Source: an uncultured Clostridia bacterium (lineage in GTDB: Bacteria; Bacillota; Clostridia; UMGS1840). Taken from it: a stretch of DNA of 40,785 nucleotides. The notes beneath the pieces were generated by a model. The model had not been told where the DNA came from. It was given only the letters and a program-made list of their open reading frames with translations, and did no database searches. The stretch lies in NCBI GenBank assembly GCA_938044725.1, contig CALIOW010000091.1, positions 1-40,785 of the forward strand, written 5' to 3'. Shown one piece after another: positions 35,586 through 40,785 of the stretch. The position numbers were made by a program, and so were the translations under genes. Positions within the stretch are counted from its first letter, which is position 1. Each line of letters starts with the position of its first letter.

Positions 35586-38500
35586 ATGAGTAAGACTATA
35601 AGGCTTGCGGCAGTTTTATTGGCTGCTGTTATGATTTTGGGAGGCGGATTTAACTGCTTTGCACAGTCTGAAACGCTTAATATTTATGTTTCGGCAAACG
35701 GAAACGATGAAACGGGCGATGGGACACAGTCGTCTCCGTTTGCAACGCTCGGCAAAGCAAGGGATTATATCAGAACGCTTTCAAAGGATTCCGGTATTAC
35801 GGTAAATATCGGAGCAGGCGAATATTATGTTAATTCGTCCGTTTCGTTTTCCTCGCAGGACAGCGGCAATGAAAATTGCATTGTTACATATAAAGCCGAT
35901 GACGGCGCAGTTTTCAAAAATACAAAGAAGATAAATACAGACGAATTTAAGAAAGTTACAAGCCCCGAAATCTTAAAAAGGCTGAAAAAAGAAGTAAGGG
36001 GAGAGGCATATTATTTAGACCTCGGTTCATATTGTATCCCAACAGTAAAAACAGCTTTTATTTTGGACGGAGAAAAATTTGAATTTTCAAGATATCCCAA
36101 GGACAGCCTTTTAAAAGCTGCAAACGATGCGTCGGATAAAACCTTCAGCGTTTCCGACAGCAGAGTAAACGAATGGGCAAAGTCGGAAGATATGTTTGTA
36201 AAGGGTTCGCTTTCTTCAACGTATTCATGGGAAAAAGCAGACGTTTCCGATATTTCGGGCGGCTCTGTAACAGTATCTCGAAATGTCATAAACGATGCGG
36301 AAATATACTTTAATAACGTGCTTGAAGAAATGAGCGCTGTGGGCGAATATGTTATCGATACAAAAAACAAGGTAATGTATTGCATACTTCCCGAAGACTA
36401 TAAAGGAAAAACCGCTGAAATTACTGCAGGTTCTCTGAATTCTCCTTTTATAAATTTAAACGGAGCCGAGTATATTAAATTTGACGGTCTTAATTTTTAC
36501 GGATTAAGCAATAATGCGGTTTATATGACAAACTGCAAAAACATCAGCGTAGAAAACTGCTCGTTTAATTTTATTAATGCAGACTATGCGATAAGAATTG
36601 TAACGGGCAAAAATATAAACGTATACTCAAACGGCGCTTATAAATGTTCGGGAGGTTTTGTGAGGTTTTCGGGCGGAAACAGAGTAACGCTTGAAAGCGG
36701 AAATATAAATATAGAGAAAAACGTAATATTAAACTGCGCAACCGACCTTAATTCCTGTATTATAAGTTCGGGAGTAAATTCACCTACCGATACGGTTGAC
36801 GCAATCGGAAATACGGTAAAAAATAATATAATAGGCGACAGCTCTCCCACAAATGCAATTTCCGCCGTGGGCATATATAACAAAGTATCAAACAACGAAA
36901 TATATAATGTTTCGCGCCAAATCGATGACGGCGGAGCAATATATTACGGAAGAAGCAACACGAAATACGGAAACGATATATCGTATAACTATATTCATCA
37001 TTTGAATAAGGCACATATGTTTTCCGCACTTTATGCCGACGACGGATACGGCGGAATCAATATGCACCATAACGTTATGTACAGTATGTCTCACCCCATA
37101 CATATCGGAATGGGCATGAACAATAAGTTTGATAACAATATGTATATAGATGTGGACAAAGGAATACGCGCACAGACAAGAATGACATGGGGAGACGCAT
37201 ACGCCAACTTCGGAGATTTGTATCAGGAGACATACAATCTGATGGAAAAAACGATTATGAAGGAGCTTTATGCCGCCGCCTTTCCCGATTTAAAGGTTTC
37301 GGTAACAAGAAAACCGTTCTTTGCACCGTATAATTCGCAGATAACAGGCAACGTTTCTTTCGGAAACGTAAATGCGCTTTATGAAGTACCCACACATTTG
37401 TATTATTCGGACGAGACGGCACAAATTCTTACCATATCGGACGAGGCAAATGTTGCGGGTATAGAAAATGCACTTGCGACAAATGCTAATAACAGAACAT
37501 ATGTAAACGAGCTTAAAGCGTACGGTGCAAAGGTAACGGCGTCGGACGGAACAGATTTAAATGCAACTGCGGACGGAAATCCACGTTTTGATTATGATAG
37601 CGCATATTTTAAAAATGCGTCTGCACAAGATTTTACACTTACAAGCGCATTTTCTTCTTCGGTATCAACTGTAAATGAAATAAATATGTCTGAAATAGGA
37701 AATATAACGGCAAGCGAAAACAAGCTTTTAACACCTGCCGAAAAAATAAATATTTATGCAGTGCAAAACGGCAAAAAGATTGATATAACGTACGGAACCA
37801 ATCCGTCCGTGTCGCAGTACAGAATACTTGTGTCTGCGGACAGCGGTTTTTCAAACACGGTTTTCGATAAGACGGTATATGAGGATAACATGACGTTTGC
37901 GTTAGAAACCGATGAACTTCCGTACGGTACATATTATATAAAAGCAATAGGTACGGGACTTTCAAAACAAAGCCAATTTACGGTGCAGTCTGACGTGATA
38001 ACATTCACTCATGAGGATAAAACGGAAAAAGCCTATAAAAATGCGCTTTCACTTTTGGAAGATGAAATCAAAAAGGCACAGAGCGGAGATTATGTATACA
38101 GCGATGAAAGCATAATAACGGAGCTGGAAGCAAAGAAAGCATATCTTACCGAAAATGCGCAGAGCATATCAAAATCGGATGAAGAAACGGCAATATACGA
38201 CCTTCTTATAAGGGCACAGGCGGAAAGAAATACGCTAAAACCCGAAATCAATAAATGTACGGCGGACACCTCCGACAGCAACGTTTATGTTGAGGCAAGC
38301 GGTTTTCATGCAAATTCGCTTGTAACCGTTCTTGTTACAAATCCGAATACGGATAAAAATACCTTTGCAAACGGAAATAAGGATATTGTAAGATATACAA
38401 ATGTTTTGAGTGCAGACCATAACGGCTGTGTGTCATTTGATTTTGATACAAAAATAAACGATATAGACTATTTGGGAACATACACAGTTTATCTTGCCGA

Positions 38501-38888
38501 TGCAAACGGAAGAATAATTTCTCAAACATATGATTACGGTACGGTTGAAACCTCTGCGGTAACATTCTATAAGGATTCCGCCGAAATTTCGGCAGAAGAG
38601 CTCTCGGCGCACAAGGGAGAAACGCTTACGGCAAAATTAAACGTGAATAACCGTATAAGCATAGATACGAATGCTTATGCTTCAATAGGCTCGTATAAAT
38701 CGGGAAAGCTTATAGATGTTACTTTTGATAAGGTAACGCTTCTTAAAAACAGCGTAAACGAAGTAACAATAAGCTTCAAAGTGCCTGATGATTTTGACGA
38801 AAATACGACCGCCGAATTTATGCTTTTGGACGGAAAAACAGTTTTAAAACCGCTTTCGCTAAAGCGTATAATAAAAGAAATAGAGTAG
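35586..38888 (+). CDS. Secreted 1100-aa beta-helix protein (paralogue of CDS 31301) with FN3-like and Ig-like C-terminal domains
   Basis: Signal MSKTIRLAAVLLAAVMILGGGFNCFA. DUF1565-like start NGNDETGDGTQSSPFATLGKARDYI. Signatures VGEYVIDTKNKVMYCILP, DDGGAIYYGRSNTKYGNDISYNYIHHL and LYADDGYGGINMHHNVM. It carries the C-terminal domain shared with CDS 1..4122 and CDS 20135. Confidence 0.85.
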   Translation: MSKTIRLAAVLLAAVMILGGGFNCFAQSETLNIYVSANGNDETGDGTQSSPFATLGKARDYIRTLSKDSGITVNIGAGEYYVNSSVSFSSQDSGNENCIVTYKADDGAVFKNTKKINTDEFKKVTSPEILKRLKKEVRGEAYYLDLGSYCIPTVKTAFILDGEKFEFSRYPKDSLLKAANDASDKTFSVSDSRVNEWAKSEDMFVKGSLSSTYSWEKADVSDISGGSVTVSRNVINDAEIYFNNVLEEMSAVGEYVIDTKNKVMYCILPEDYKGKTAEITAGSLNSPFINLNGAEYIKFDGLNFYGLSNNAVYMTNCKNISVENCSFNFINADYAIRIVTGKNINVYSNGAYKCSGGFVRFSGGNRVTLESGNINIEKNVILNCATDLNSCIISSGVNSPTDTVDAIGNTVKNNIIGDSSPTNAISAVGIYNKVSNNEIYNVSRQIDDGGAIYYGRSNTKYGNDISYNYIHHLNKAHMFSALYADDGYGGINMHHNVMYSMSHPIHIGMGMNNKFDNNMYIDVDKGIRAQTRMTWGDAYANFGDLYQETYNLMEKTIMKELYAAAFPDLKVSVTRKPFFAPYNSQITGNVSFGNVNALYEVPTHLYYSDETAQILTISDEANVAGIENALATNANNRTYVNELKAYGAKVTASDGTDLNATADGNPRFDYDSAYFKNASAQDFTLTSAFSSSVSTVNEINMSEIGNITASENKLLTPAEKINIYAVQNGKKIDITYGTNPSVSQYRILVSADSGFSNTVFDKTVYEDNMTFALETDELPYGTYYIKAIGTGLSKQSQFTVQSDVITFTHEDKTEKAYKNALSLLEDEIKKAQSGDYVYSDESIITELEAKKAYLTENAQSISKSDEETAIYDLLIRAQAERNTLKPEINKCTADTSDSNVYVEASGFHANSLVTVLVTNPNTDKNTFANGNKDIVRYTNVLSADHNGCVSFDFDTKINDIDYLGTYTVYLADANGRIISQTYDYGTVETSAVTFYKDSAEISAEELSAHKGETLTAKLNVNNRISIDTNAYASIGSYKSGKLIDVTFDKVTLLKNSVNEVTISFKVPDDFDENTTAEFMLLDGKTVLKPLSLKRIIKEIE

Positions 38889-38900
38889 GAGATTAAAAAA

Positions 38901-39464
38901 ATGTTTAAGAAGATAGGGGCAGTGTCCCAAAGAAAGATTTATGTCGGATTCAATGAAAAAAATGAAAAATGCTTTCCGATTGAGGTAGACGGCTATAAGG
39001 TTTTGGACGGCTTTAAGACAGAAGCGCTTTCAAATTTTTGCGTAACCGAAAGCGGAAATTACATAGGAGGGTATTTTGTTGACGTATGCTCCGACAATAT
39101 GCCGTTTCCCGCTGTGGGATTTTTCTTAAAAGCAAACGGAAAAATACTTTTAAACGGCGAAGCGCTTACGGAAAACAAAAGAGTGAAAATTACACAAAGT
39201 GATGAAGCGATAATTACGGGCGAGGATTATAACTGCTGTTTTTACCCAATAATCGAGGATAAAAACGATTACTTTTTAGAATATGATAAAGACGAAAATT
39301 CAGTCGGTATCATAAGCGTACATAACGGAAGCTGTGAAAACGATACAAGGGTAATTTTAAAATTCGGCTGTGCTTTTTCGCAAGGCTTTGAATTTATTAA
39401 GGACAATGCCGAGGTGAAATTTTACCCCAAATGTTCAATAAAAAGAATAATAGGAGATGAATAA
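38901..39464 (+). CDS. Hypothetical 187-aa cytoplasmic Cys-rich protein
   Basis: AGGAG RBS 7 nt upstream of the ATG. No signal peptide or TM segment. Nine Cys residues. Its stop lies 1 nt before the next start. No family recognised. Confidence 0.6.
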   Translation: MFKKIGAVSQRKIYVGFNEKNEKCFPIEVDGYKVLDGFKTEALSNFCVTESGNYIGGYFVDVCSDNMPFPAVGFFLKANGKILLNGEALTENKRVKITQSDEAIITGEDYNCCFYPIIEDKNDYFLEYDKDENSVGIISVHNGSCENDTRVILKFGCAFSQGFEFIKDNAEVKFYPKCSIKRIIGDE

Positions 39465-39465
39465 C

Positions 39466-40785
39466 ATGAATTTGGAAATTTCAGTATCAAAAAATGACGG
39501 TCTTGCCGATGTTAAAACGCTTGCGCAGGCTATAAAAATTGCAAACGAAAAACGAAACGACTATGATGAAATTGTTATTAATATTGCAGAGGGCGAGTAT
39601 TTTCAAAATGAAACCTTGGAGCTTACCGAAAAAGAATTAAAAAGCGGCAGAGCAAAGATAATATTCAAAGGAAACGGCGATAAAAAAACAATAATTTCAG
39701 GCGGTATAGAGCTTTCTCCGTTTGATTTCAAAATCGCGGAAAATGACCGTATCAGACCTGATATGAAAGGAAAAATTTTATCGCTCGACTTGAAAAAATA
39801 CGGAATAACCGAAGTCGGTAAGCCTTTCACAAGAGATTCGTGGTATGATATGATTCCGTCGCAGTGTGAGCTTTTTGTTGATGACTGCGAGGCGCAAATT
39901 ACATCATTTCCGAAAAACAGAAACCGCATTAAGATTAATAAAGAAGATATTTTAAGGACTGTACAGCCTTTAGAGCCGTACCCTGCGCCGTATGACCCCA
40001 AGCCCGATATATCGGATAAATGCGCTGTTATAAAATATAATTTTTTTGAAGCCGATAAGTGGAGTAAGGCGCACGACGCATATCTTTTCGGATTTCCCAA
40101 CGCAGGCTTTTTCTCGTTCAGTGTTCCCGTGGATATAGATACAAAAGAAAAGACCATTTCTTTAAAAGAACGTGTCGGGGTAGGAAGTAATTCGTATTTT
40201 AATACATACTGTATACGTAACCTGCTTGAAGAACTGACGGAAAAAGGGGAATATTATATTGATTCCGATGAGTTAATTCTTTATTATTACCCGAAAACAA
40301 AGCTTACAAAGGACTCCAAAATCCGCCTGTCAAGCTTGAAAGAACCGCTTATTGCCTGCGAAAATATTTTTAATGTAAAATTTGAAAATATAGTTTTTGA
40401 GTGCACAAGAGGTATGGGCGTTTACATGGAGGACACAAAGCATGTTGAATTTTCAGACTGTACATTCAGAAATATAGGACTTGTTGCCGTTTCGTTTGGG
40501 CTCGGCTTTGAAACAACAATAAATATCCCCAAGGAAACAATGCACGTAAAGGACTATACCGATTTGCCTTTCAAAAAACGTGCAATAGGAAATATAAAAA
40601 CGCAAATGCATAACGACCCGATGTCGCAGAGAAACGGCGGCTATGACAATCTTATCCGCGACTGCGAAATTTATAATATCGGCTGCGGAGGAATAATTCT
40701 CGACGGCGGCGACCGCATGAATTTATTAAGAGGGAACAACAGAATCGTGGGATGCGATATTCATGATTTCAACCGTCTTGAAGAA
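39466..40785 (+). CDS. Beta-helix paralogue without a signal peptide (cytoplasmic), 3' end cut by the window edge; absent from the supplied ORF track
   Basis: GGAG at 39453-39456 precedes the ATG at 39466. My hand translation gives 440 codons with no stop through nt 40785. MNLEISVSKNDGLADVKTLAQAIKIANE...INIAEGEYF parallels the mature N-termini of CDS 35586 and CDS 31301. KGEYYIDSDELILYYYP matches their GEWY.D...LY..P motif. Beta-helix rungs are visible (FENIVFECTRGMGVYM, FSDCTFRNIGLVAV, IRDCEIYNIGCGGIIL). Confidence 0.8.
   Translation, partial: MNLEISVSKNDGLADVKTLAQAIKIANEKRNDYDEIVINIAEGEYFQNETLELTEKELKSGRAKIIFKGNGDKKTIISGGIELSPFDFKIAENDRIRPDMKGKILSLDLKKYGITEVGKPFTRDSWYDMIPSQCELFVDDCEAQITSFPKNRNRIKINKEDILRTVQPLEPYPAPYDPKPDISDKCAVIKYNFFEADKWSKAHDAYLFGFPNAGFFSFSVPVDIDTKEKTISLKERVGVGSNSYFNTYCIRNLLEELTEKGEYYIDSDELILYYYPKTKLTKDSKIRLSSLKEPLIACENIFNVKFENIVFECTRGMGVYMEDTKHVEFSDCTFRNIGLVAVSFGLGFETTINIPKETMHVKDYTDLPFKKRAIGNIKTQMHNDPMSQRNGGYDNLIRDCEIYNIGCGGIILDGGDRMNLLRGNNRIVGCDIHDFNRLEE

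Noticed and set aside
20861-38565. Many 60-160 aa minus-strand ORFs inside the giant + strand genes (for example 25872..26258, 33321..33800, 34427..34918, 36011..36385)
   Set aside because: All are nested antisense within long ORFs that are preceded by an RBS and a signal peptide. Their compositions are typical of shadow frames, and none has an RBS or a recognisable domain.
39603-40157. Tracked 184-aa ORF on the minus strand
   Set aside because: It lies entirely antisense to a 440-codon open frame on the + strand. That + strand frame has an RBS, clear beta-helix rungs and paralogy to CDS 31301 and CDS 35586. The minus ORF has no RBS and a Ser/Leu/Phe-rich shadow composition.
1-40785. Search for CRISPR arrays, IS elements, integrases, toxin-antitoxin or defence-system genes
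   Set aside because: By eye I found no spaced direct-repeat array, no transposase, recombinase or nuclease motifs, and no inverted terminal repeats. The only repeats are intragenic domain duplications and the 66-bp terminator duplication at 4115/4312.

Overview
This window looks like a carbohydrate-utilisation region of a low-GC, S-layer-bearing Gram-positive bacterium, probably Clostridia. That assignment is an inference from the SLH domains, the YesM/YesN-type sensor pair, the LplABC-type importer and AGGAGG ribosome-binding sites.

Left arm (1..10433, + strand):
- a 5'-truncated beta-helix protein with lectin-like repeats;
- a terminator / consensus promoter / terminator cassette;
- three signal-peptide-less glycosidases: GH38-like alpha-mannosidase, a clan GH-A TIM barrel and GH43;
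- a decayed glycyl-radical-enzyme pseudogene lying between the glycosidases.

Middle (10434..13315):
- short gene remnants;
- a tRNA-Pro(UGG) on the minus strand with its own promoter and terminator;
- a tandem pair of metallophosphoesterase paralogues, one with intact motifs and one degenerate.

Right arm (13337..40785):
- a divergent response regulator and histidine kinase;
- two ABC permeases and a lipoprotein solute-binding protein;
- an almost gapless + strand run of five giant secreted proteins of 955-1435 aa;
- a small cytoplasmic protein;
- a cytoplasmic beta-helix paralogue that runs off the window end and is missing from the supplied ORF track.

The most interesting signal is this right arm. 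Two adjacent giant proteins together carry six copies of a roughly 280-300 aa module I cannot assign to any family. Two proteins are SLH-anchored. Four paralogous beta-helix proteins share an acidic signature I cannot place in a named CAZy family.

I saw no CRISPR array, transposase, integrase or rRNA. All homology statements come from motif recognition by eye, not from database searches.
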